Below are positions 11,960 through 18,505 of a DNA stretch of 32,000 nucleotides, piece after piece. The stretch lies in contig NZ_VKHQ01000003.1 in assembly GCF_009792795.1 (NCBI RefSeq), forward strand, positions 517,601 through 549,600, in the 5' to 3' direction. The DNA is from Cognatiluteimonas profundi (GTDB taxonomy: Bacteria > Pseudomonadota > Gammaproteobacteria > Xanthomonadales > Xanthomonadaceae). A model generated the notes under the pieces. The model saw only the letters and a list, made by a program, of their open reading frames with translations, was not told where the DNA came from and did not search any database. The position numbers were made by a program, and so were the translations under genes. Each line of letters begins with the position of its first letter. The first letter of the stretch is position 1.

Positions 11960-12228
11960 ATGCGCCCGCTAGGCGGTCGGCAATGTGCAGGGGCGAATGA
12001 GGCGGTAGCCGCATAGTTTAAAGAGCGCCGCCAAATCACGCCAGCCCAGCAAGCGCTACGCCAGCAGCTATACACGGCTCACTTACGGGATCTGCCTCCT
12101 GGCCCGGTTTGGCCGACTGCCGCCTTCATGCGACCTCGCGCGCGGGCGCGTACTCGTCAGCAAACTTCACGGATGGCAGGGCTAGTGCGCGACCGGCCTT
12201 CTCGCCGCGCGCCGACAGGACCAGCAGC

Positions 12229-12552
12229 CTATGCACATACCGCCCTGCCGCAACCTACCCTCTTGCCGGCGTTAGAGCCCACCTCCTCCAGCCGGCGCGC
12301 CCCAGATTGCATGAGGTAGCACCAGGGTCGAGCTCGACCACCTGGAAAACCTTGCCGCTTCGTTATCCACCGCTCCACGAATCGGCGGCCTTGCGCCAGG
12401 CTGGCCGCTTGGGCCACCAAGGTGCATCCGCGCCACGTCACTTCCGTTTGGTAGTGCCGGCCATTCGGTTTAACGGTAGCAACGCACACATATCGGAAAT
12501 GGAGGAAGGCCCGATCCTCATAATCGATCCAGCGGTAGTCTTGTCGGAGCAT
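12229..12552 (-). CDS. Small hypothetical protein
   Basis: 107 aa open frame with a non-repetitive, globular-looking composition (YRWIDYEDRAFLHFRYVCVATVKPNGRHYQTEVTWRG). Start uncertain. Confidence 0.5.
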   Translation of the reverse strand: MLRQDYRWIDYEDRAFLHFRYVCVATVKPNGRHYQTEVTWRGCTLVAQAASLAQGRRFVERWITKRQGFPGGRARPWCYLMQSGARRLEEVGSNAGKRVGCGRAVCA

Positions 12553-12634
12553 GCCCAGAGCTTATGGACGGGCGTCCCATGTTTTGCGACAGTCCAGCGC
12601 GGGGGCGCAAGCGGCGCCAGGGCAGAGGGGGCGC

Positions 12635-12928
12635 GTGGACACAAAGCTAAAGGCCGGTGCCGTGTTCAAACCAAACGGACTCCACCGCGATGCCACCATT
12701 GATGGAGATCCGCCGAATTATCTCTGGTGCTTGCATTGTGAGCGTGCCTACGTTCGTGGCGAGTACCGCCCGGTGCGTGACCTGCAAATGTGCCCTTATG
12801 CCGACTGCGCTGGAGACACGGTGATTGATGCTTGGGCTTGGGAGTCAATCCGAGAGGAGAACCCAACCTACCCGGAGAATCCAGTTGAGGGTGTCGTCTA
12901 CCCTATGTATGGCAAGGCCGTGCCCTAA
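12635..12928 (+). CDS. Hypothetical Cys-pair protein (possible zinc ribbon), integron-cassette-like
   Basis: Listed ORF 12551-12928. An in-frame GTG at 12635 gives VDTKLKAGAVFKPNG...YLWCLHCERAYVRGEYRPVRDLQMCPYADCAGD with CxxC and CPYxxC. The stop codon lies inside the attC-like core at 12922-12929. Confidence 0.6.
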   Translation: MDTKLKAGAVFKPNGLHRDATIDGDPPNYLWCLHCERAYVRGEYRPVRDLQMCPYADCAGDTVIDAWAWESIREENPTYPENPVEGVVYPMYGKAVP

Positions 12929-12972
12929 CAATTCATTCAAGCCGAAACCGCTTGGCGGTTCGGCTGTCCTTA
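12922..12972 (+). repeat. Orphan, truncated integron attC-like site
   Basis: gccctaacaattcattcaagccgaaaccgcttggcggttcggctgtccttag. It has a CTAAC/AATTC-TTCAA left arm and the hairpin AGCCG-(A)-AACCGC-TTG-GCGGTT-CGGCT, with a single unpaired A as in classic attC sites. The right simple site is degenerate, with no clean GTTRRRY. Confidence 0.65.
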
Positions 12973-12973
12973 G

Positions 12974-13147
12974 CTACGCGGCGACAGAAGCGTTTAAGCG
13001 CTGCCACACTTCTTCGCGATGCACGGGCACGTCCATAGGGGCTTGAATGCCGAGCTTAATCTGCCCGCCTTGGACAGCGATGACGGTCACCGTAATTTCG
13101 TTTCCGATAGCGATTGTCTCGCCCTCCTTGCGCGTAAGAATCAGCAT
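12974..13147 (-). CDS. csrA: Carbon storage regulator CsrA/RsmA family protein (element-borne)
   Basis: 57 aa: [57 protein letters not shown]. Matches the CsrA fold pattern, including L4, R6 and R44 in VHREE. Strong RBS (CAAGGAG) upstream of 13147. Confidence 0.95.
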   Translation of the reverse strand: MLILTRKEGETIAIGNEITVTVIAVQGGQIKLGIQAPMDVPVHREEVWQRLNASVAA

Positions 13148-13413
13148 TTTCACTCTCCTTGTGTGAGCCGCCATCGTAGCCGCCTGGCTATAGCTTGGGA
13201 ATGTCAGAAAATCCCTACATGCCATCGGGGCTTGGGCTGACTAGTTGGGCCCCTATTTCCGCGCAACCTACTACGGCTGGCAACGTGCATATCTCTTCAA
13301 GGTCATCTACGCGCACGGGGGCCGTAGGGATGCGGCCCTGCCGTTAAGCTTAAATGTGCCGACGAAGGCCGTGGCAATGGGGATCGTTTGAATCCATCAA
13401 CAGGAGAAGAGAC

Positions 13414-13719
13414 ATGAAATACGCATTGCTTGGGTTTGCTCTGCTCGCCTTCACTGGCGTCTCGTTGGCTCAGTCACATCAAGTCAAAGGGTACGTCCGC
13501 AAGGACGGAACCTACGTTGCCCCGCATCAGGCGTCGAACCCAAATGCCTACCGCTACGACAACCGCAGCTCACAGACGAATGGCGGCACCCAGCGGGACG
13601 AATACAGCGCAAAGCCCGCAACGAATAAGCGCAATCCGAGCTACGGCGCTTACGACAACGATAACGATGGGAACCCAAACTCGTCCGATTCAACACCTAA
13701 CAGTAATGACAACAACTAA
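13414..13719 (+). CDS. Small secreted hypothetical protein
   Basis: RBS (caggag), then MKYALLGFALLAFTGVSLAQSHQVKGYVRKDGTYVAPHQASNPNAYRYDNRSSQTNGG... Signal peptide followed by a GYVRKDGTYV-PH motif and an Asn/Asp-rich tail. Confidence 0.8.
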   Translation: MKYALLGFALLAFTGVSLAQSHQVKGYVRKDGTYVAPHQASNPNAYRYDNRSSQTNGGTQRDEYSAKPATNKRNPSYGAYDNDNDGNPNSSDSTPNSNDNN

Positions 13720-13733
13720 AATTTAGGCGCCAA

Positions 13734-13755
13734 AAAGCCCGCTTCGGCGGGCCAG
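13734..13755 (+). terminator. Hairpin downstream of the secreted protein gene
   Basis: gcccgcttcggcgggc is a strong stem with a TTCG-type loop shortly after the stop at 13719. No perfect U-tract follows (ccagtttcag). Confidence 0.45.
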
Positions 13756-13794
13756 TTTCAGTGGGGGTCTCGAAACACTAGAGGGGGGTATCGC

Positions 13795-14109
13795 TTGAGC
13801 TTAAGCATGCAAGGGAAATCCGCTTGGTTGCGCGCCTCAGACGTGGTGGCGCTCGGCGTCGGCCTGGCTACCGGACTATTTTTACTCGGCACCTACGGGG
13901 GGCGCTTTCCGCCGGAATACTCGCTTGTCGTCAACGTGGCGTTTCCGCTCGCGCTTACGGCTTGCTGGTACCTAGTGGCGCGCGACCTGTCTGCCAAATT
14001 GGCGGCCCGTAGCCCAGGCAAATCGCATGCGGGGCTTGCGGCATTGCTCGTAGGCGCCAACGTCGCGACCTTTCTTCTAATCGCGGCCATCGTGGGCATG
14101 GTCAAGTGA
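13795..14109 (+). CDS. Small membrane protein (about 3 TM segments)
   Basis: Hydrophobic segments DVVALGVGLATGLFLLGTY, YSLVVNVAFPLALTACWYLVA and GLAALLVGANVATFLLIAAIVGMVK. G-rich RBS before a TTG at 13795; the alternative ATG is at 13807. Confidence 0.7.
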   Translation: MSLSMQGKSAWLRASDVVALGVGLATGLFLLGTYGGRFPPEYSLVVNVAFPLALTACWYLVARDLSAKLAARSPGKSHAGLAALLVGANVATFLLIAAIVGMVK

Positions 14110-14402
14110 GGTCGGCAGCGATTGCGTCGTCGCTCTTGCTGGCGCTGGCGAATCACCCTGCCCTCGCCACCCAACCGCAATGCGACGCCATCAGTGATGC
14201 TGCCGATCAAGTCGAAACAGCCGTGGATGACCTCAACGACTGCATCCGGCGCGCAGATTACTCCGATGACTGCTCACTGCAAGCGCGCGACGTGCGTGAC
14301 TCGACCGACGAATACGAGGAAGCGATCTCGACGGCCGAATCCGATTTTAATGGAGAAGCCGAAGACGTCTGCCGCCCGAAGTCTAAGGCTTATCACCTCT
14401 AG
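14106..14402 (+). CDS. Small exported four-cysteine acidic hypothetical protein
   Basis: GTG start overlaps the upstream TGA (gtga). Signal-like N-terminus ending ALA, then QPQCDAISDAADQVETAVDDLNDCIRRADYSDDCSLQARDVRDSTDEYEEA...DVCRP. Confidence 0.65.
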   Translation: MRSAAIASSLLLALANHPALATQPQCDAISDAADQVETAVDDLNDCIRRADYSDDCSLQARDVRDSTDEYEEAISTAESDFNGEAEDVCRPKSKAYHL

Positions 14403-14481
14403 CGGAAGTCGGGCTACGATTGGGTTCACTGAAGCGCGCAGATGCAATCTGCAAACGCGCGCATATCCTGGGGAGGATGGA

Positions 14482-14778
14482 ATGGATCGGAAACTAGCTG
14501 GATTGATGTTGCTGGCACTTTCAGGCTGCGCTTCAAACTCAGGCGTGGTCGCAATGGGGCCGGACACATATTTTGTCAGCCGCCAAGCCGCGACCGGATT
14601 TACCGGGGCGGGATCACTTAAGGCCGATGCGATGGCGGAGGCTGGGCGGTTTTGTACTAAGCGCGGGGAAACGGTTCAAGTGGTGAACGTGACCGAGTCG
14701 CACCCCCCTTACATACTCACAAACTTTCCCCGCGCTGAACTAGAGTTTCGTTGCACGAAGGAGGTCCCTTCGTCATGA
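14482..14778 (+). CDS. Small lipoprotein (paralog A)
   Basis: MDRKLAGLMLLALSGCASNSGVVAMGPDTYFVSRQAATGFTGAGSLKADAMAEAGRFCTKRGETVQVVNV...ELEFRC. Lipobox LSGC and RBS gggagg. Confidence 0.8.
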   Translation: MDRKLAGLMLLALSGCASNSGVVAMGPDTYFVSRQAATGFTGAGSLKADAMAEAGRFCTKRGETVQVVNVTESHPPYILTNFPRAELEFRCTKEVPSS

Positions 14779-15044
14779 AGATCCCTTTCTTGCTCGCGGT
14801 TACTGCAATTGCAGGATGCGCCAGCACAAGTGCACCCGTTGCGGTGGGGCCTGACACTTACACGCTGTCCATTTCACAGATGGGCGGGATGAAGAGCCAC
14901 GGATCGGTGCGCGCCGATGCACTAAGAAAGGCTAACGAGCATTGCGGCAGCCTTGGGAAAACGATGGTGTTGCAGACTTCGGAATCCAGCGGCGCACGTG
15001 GCTGGACACCGATTGAGGAGGCTGTCACTTACAGGTGCCAGTAA
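14775..15044 (+). CDS. Small lipoprotein (paralog B)
   Basis: MKIPFLLAVTAIAGCASTSAPVAVGPDTYTLSISQMGGMKSHGSVRADALRKANEHCGSLGKTMVLQ...VTYRCQ. Lipobox IAGC; start overlaps the paralog A stop (ATGA). Confidence 0.8.
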   Translation: MKIPFLLAVTAIAGCASTSAPVAVGPDTYTLSISQMGGMKSHGSVRADALRKANEHCGSLGKTMVLQTSESSGARGWTPIEEAVTYRCQ

Positions 15045-15330
15045 CGGCAAGGGGACCAACCCCAGTGCTGGCAACTTCCGCTATCAGCCGCTCTGCATGG
15101 ATCTCTGCCCATCGATTTGCCATGCGCAGGGCGAGCGCCTTGCTTGCCAGCACTGAGGTTCCCCGACAAGCCCAATCCTTATGCCGGTTGGTCGTTGTGC
15201 ACCAGCCGGCGCCATCCACACGCGGTGACACCAGCACCACCTCTTTCCCATACATGCCACCGATGCGCAGGCACAGCTTCCCGGATGCTTGGAAGTCAGG
15301 GAACCAGGCGAAGTCGGCCGCGAGAGTCAT
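15025..15330 (-). CDS. Hypothetical protein
   Basis: 101 aa open frame of plausible composition; converges on and slightly overlaps paralog B. No recognised domain. Confidence 0.35.
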   Translation of the reverse strand: MTLAADFAWFPDFQASGKLCLRIGGMYGKEVVLVSPRVDGAGWCTTTNRHKDWACRGTSVLASKALALRMANRWAEIHAERLIAEVASTGVGPLAVTGTCK

Positions 15331-15381
15331 CGCTAATTTTAAAGAGAAAACCGCACGGCGATCACGCCAGCGATTGGCCCC

Positions 15382-15912
15382 TTACCTGGGTCTCTGCCGG
15401 TGCTGTTTCAGGTTCGCCAGCGCGCGCAGCTTTCCCTCTGGCGTCCGGGGACCCGTCGCGCATCCGCCGTGCCACTTGCACCGCTGCTTGCCAGGCTGAC
15501 TCTTAGCCTGGCACGGTTTCCCATCACGATGCCGTCGGGCGCCGCAGATTACGCGCCGGCTGGCCTGTTTCGCCCTGTTCTCAGCGAGCCACGATTCCCC
15601 CCAGGACGGCAGATCGCTACCGAACTCACGCGCGGGCGCGCGTATGGCAGCAGAAATTCCGGCAGCATCGGCCGAAGTCATTGGCGCCTCTACTTCGCCG
15701 TACTTTATTCCGGTCAACTCGGCCCACTCGATGACGATGGCATCGATAACCCCGCTGTTTGTGCATAGCGGTAGATAAGGCCCCCGTTTGGAATCGATCG
15801 CCGCCAGTGCCTGCGGACTTGGCGTGTAGTCGATGCGAACCAGGCGTGCGCGACGTGCGCGTTGCATTTTGGCCAGGTGCGCGCGGTCCTTGGACAGATA
15901 GCCATCGCTCAT
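15382..15912 (-). CDS. HGG/TGPRT-motif protein typical of phages and integrated elements
   Basis: 176 aa. The C-terminal segment CGARRHRDGKPCQAKSQPGKQRCKWHGGCATGPRTPEGKLRALANLKQHR matches the recurrent Cys/HGG-TGPRT-EGK motif. Confidence 0.75.
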   Translation of the reverse strand: MSDGYLSKDRAHLAKMQRARRARLVRIDYTPSPQALAAIDSKRGPYLPLCTNSGVIDAIVIEWAELTGIKYGEVEAPMTSADAAGISAAIRAPAREFGSDLPSWGESWLAENRAKQASRRVICGARRHRDGKPCQAKSQPGKQRCKWHGGCATGPRTPEGKLRALANLKQHRQRPR

Positions 15913-16030
15913 CCGATCTTCCTCCCCTGTTCGAGCTTGTTAGAAGTGCAGATCCACCAGCCCGTATTGGGCAAGCGGCGAGCCGTTGCGGCGTTGCGCA
16001 CCCTAGGGAACGCAACGACGCAACGACGGG

Positions 16031-16942
16031 TCAGGCGGCATCCCGGAGCTTGTCCAAGCGACGCTTTACTGTTGACTTGTCACAGCCCACCACCTCGGCA
16101 ATTTTTGCCAAACTTAAGCCCTGGGCTTGCAACTCCAGAAGCTGGCTATGGTCTTCGGCTTCCGTCAAGCGCCAGGCCATGCGGCCATCATCGCCAGTGA
16201 TCAACTGCGCCTCGACAGGTGCAACCGCGTCGCCATATAGCGAGCGAGCCTTGTCAAAGTGCACAGAGAAACGCGCGCCTTGCTCGGGTCGGTAGTCCGT
16301 CGGCCGTTGCAGCTTGATCACAACGTCAAGCAGATCTTCCCGTTTGCTCGTTCCGCGCTGGCTGCCGCCCTTCCCCGCGTGATGGATGAAAATCAAGGTT
16401 CGGCCCTGCGCCCGCTGCTTGATCGCCCATTGCCCGACTGGTTCCCAGCCTTCTGCCTCGTTTTCCTTGGCCCCATGAATGAGCGAGCTCAGGTTGTCTA
16501 GGATGATGACGCGGGCATTGCCCACCTGTCCGCCGATTACGCTTTGCCCGTCGGCATCGCCCAGGTTGGGCATGTCGTTGAACGGCTGCACGTCGCGGGA
16601 TACCACCCGCAGCATTCCGTTTTCCGGCTCCCTTCCGGTGGCCTCGAACAAGGCTCGCCAGCGCGCTTGCATATCAGGCGCAGGCATTTCGCCGTCAACG
16701 TATAGGACTGGCGTGGGCTTCGCGGCAGTCCATTGCAGGAAGGCGCCGCCTGTCGCCAGGGCGTGTGCTATGTGCATGGCGAAATGCGTTTTGCCCACTC
16801 CGCGCGCCGCATAAATCATGGCTAGCGATGCCGACTCCAGCCATGGCGACAACAACACCTCGCGTGGTGGAATGTCTAAGCGGATGAAGTCTCGAACATC
16901 ATGCACGGCCAGCGCCGGCGCATCGGTTGCCCACTCTTTCAT
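16031..16942 (-). CDS. RepA-like/AAA_25-type P-loop ATPase with C-terminal HTH
   Basis: 303 aa with Walker A YAARGVGKTHFA, Walker B ARVIILDNLSSL, IFIHHAGKGGSQRGTSKREDLLDVVIKL, and a C-terminal HTH (LSLAKIAEVVGCDKSTVKRRLDKL). Confidence 0.85.
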   Translation of the reverse strand: MKEWATDAPALAVHDVRDFIRLDIPPREVLLSPWLESASLAMIYAARGVGKTHFAMHIAHALATGGAFLQWTAAKPTPVLYVDGEMPAPDMQARWRALFEATGREPENGMLRVVSRDVQPFNDMPNLGDADGQSVIGGQVGNARVIILDNLSSLIHGAKENEAEGWEPVGQWAIKQRAQGRTLIFIHHAGKGGSQRGTSKREDLLDVVIKLQRPTDYRPEQGARFSVHFDKARSLYGDAVAPVEAQLITGDDGRMAWRLTEAEDHSQLLELQAQGLSLAKIAEVVGCDKSTVKRRLDKLRDAA

Positions 16943-17217
16943 GGGGCACCCCCGACCCTAGCCGGTGCGGCGTGGCATGGGCCTTGCGCGCGAGCCGGCG
17001 CACGTTGGGCACGGGGTTGCATCCAAAATCCGCGATCGGTCCTTCGCCAGTTGTGCGCCTCCAATTCCTCAAGGCTCATGCAACGGCGGCTTCCATTGCG
17101 CCGCCCGATCTCGGCATAAGCGCCCAGGCGATGCCGCTCAAACTCGCGCGTGCCGGTGAAGTAAAGGCCACAGGCGGCACACTGGCAGCGTCCCCCGGTC
17201 AATCGCGGGACGCTCAC
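16939..17217 (-). CDS. Small zinc-finger-like protein
   Basis: CQCAACGLYFTGTREFERHRLGAYAEIGRRNGSRRCMSLEEL. Start and stop form ATGA overlaps with both neighbours. Confidence 0.75.
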   Translation of the reverse strand: MSVPRLTGGRCQCAACGLYFTGTREFERHRLGAYAEIGRRNGSRRCMSLEELEAHNWRRTDRGFWMQPRAQRAPARAQGPCHAAPARVGGAP

Positions 17218-17519
17218 GCTTCAGCCTCGCGCACGCGGGCGATGCCGTGGGAAACGACGGTAGATGCCAGGCAATCCGCCGCTGCATCGAGCAGGTCGGC
17301 CGCATCCACCATTCCGGGCTCTGGCGTGTCCGTAGCCCGCGCGTATCGGGCCAGGTGCAGGCGAGCCAGGTTGACGGAAGACAACACCCTAGCTCGCGCC
17401 TGCGCTCCCTCCGGGCTATGCTCCGCGTGGCACGGGCCTAGCGCCTTTGCCCTCTCGCCTCGATTCCCATCGGTCGCCAAACTTGCTGGGGTCGAGGCGA
17501 TTTCATTGGGCCGGATCAT
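17214..17519 (-). CDS. Hypothetical protein in the AlpA-RepA-like operon
   Basis: In-frame MIRPNEIASTPASLATDG... from 17519. Overlaps the AlpA stop (17516-17518) and the next start. Confidence 0.65.
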   Translation of the reverse strand: MIRPNEIASTPASLATDGNRGERAKALGPCHAEHSPEGAQARARVLSSVNLARLHLARYARATDTPEPGMVDAADLLDAAADCLASTVVSHGIARVREAEA

Positions 17520-17755
17520 GCGGGCCCCTTCGCATCGCGCGCGGCGATGCGGTCTGCTATCCAGCAGTCCACTTCGAGAGCGCTCCACGCGCTGGCCCTG
17601 GTTCCCAGCTTGCATGGGGCAGGAAAGGTCGGCGGATTGGCGGCGATGCGTCGGTAGATTTCGGACCGCGACAGCCCGGTGCGGGCTTTAACTTGCGGCA
17701 ACCGTTCAAGGATCAAGGCGCCCGTTGCGGATGCCGTTAGGTAGTTGCGAGTCAT
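17516..17755 (-). CDS. AlpA-family transcriptional regulator / excisionase-like protein
   Basis: MTRNYLTASATGALILERLPQVKARTGLSRSEIYRRIAANPPTFPAPCKLGTRASAWSALEVDCWIADRIAARD. Canonical AlpA HTH layout with RBS ggggag upstream. Confidence 0.9.
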   Translation of the reverse strand: MTRNYLTASATGALILERLPQVKARTGLSRSEIYRRIAANPPTFPAPCKLGTRASAWSALEVDCWIADRIAARDAKGPA

Positions 17756-17859
17756 TGTGTGTCTCCCCAAGCCGTGGCGGGATTGCCTTCGGCTTGGGAA
17801 GTGATGCTGGCCGCCTGAGAGCCACGTGGCGCCCCTGAGCTAGCACATGCCGGCGTTAG

Positions 17860-18414
17860 CTAGCAGGTGCCTGTTTTACGTAGCGCTGTGAGCCATTTGC
17901 GGGCGGTATCAGGGGCAATGGCATGCCCTCGCCGTGCTAGCTCGGTATGAAACTGGACCGCCGTCCAACCCTTCCGATTAGCTTCCGGCCAAAGGCCACG
18001 CGCGGCTTGCCTGGTGATCTGTTTTGGATCAGCTGCCAGCCGCCCTTGCGCGCCTTTAGCAGCAGTTGCACGACGAGCCTTGCCGGCGCGCTTGACGGCA
18101 ATTCCCATTAACACTTCGCACAGTGTCGCTAGATTTCGCGCGACCCCAACAAGATCAATTAGCTGGCGCTTTGCCTGCTCTTCGCTTAAATCTCCAACCA
18201 TTGCACCCACGTCGCGCGGCTTATATTTGACGCGCAATTTCGAGCGACTTGCAAAATAATCACGCAAGAGCGCAGTTAGATCTAAGGAAAAGTCGTCGCA
18301 TATTGCAGCTAGCTCAACCCAAATAGGCGATATGGGCCGCCCATTTTCCATCGACTCCCTAATCCACCTAAGTTCTAAATCGTCCAGTGCGTTCCTCGCA
18401 TACGGTCGCTTCAC
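17860..18414 (-). CDS. Hypothetical protein of the integrative element
   Basis: 184 aa with coherent composition. The C-terminus (WTAVQFHTELARRGHAIAPDTARKWLTALRKTG) resembles an HTH. Confidence 0.7.
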   Translation of the reverse strand: MKRPYARNALDDLELRWIRESMENGRPISPIWVELAAICDDFSLDLTALLRDYFASRSKLRVKYKPRDVGAMVGDLSEEQAKRQLIDLVGVARNLATLCEVLMGIAVKRAGKARRATAAKGAQGRLAADPKQITRQAARGLWPEANRKGWTAVQFHTELARRGHAIAPDTARKWLTALRKTGTC

Positions 18415-18505
18415 ACGGTGCCCCCCCTAGTGCCCTTAAAAGAGCCGCCCCAGCGCCGCTTGGTCACGGCGTCTTTGCCCCGTCGGGCTAGGCGCGGTTA
18501 TGCGG

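Noticed and set aside
12109-12702. Plus-strand 197-aa ORF at the left end of the element
   Set aside because: Overlaps a more convincing minus-strand frame (12229-12552) and the start of 12635-12928. Composition looks random; it cannot be excluded entirely.
13343-13349. GTTAAGC, which fits the integron GTTRRRY core and might mark a second cassette boundary
   Set aside because: No matching RYYYAAC arm or attC-type stem could be aligned upstream, and a 7-nt degenerate match is expected by chance.
15035-16295. Plus-strand ORFs 15035-15499, 15117-15506, 15400-15768, 15759-16295
   Set aside because: Opposite to the HGG-motif protein and RepA-like ATPase genes; no coherent domain.
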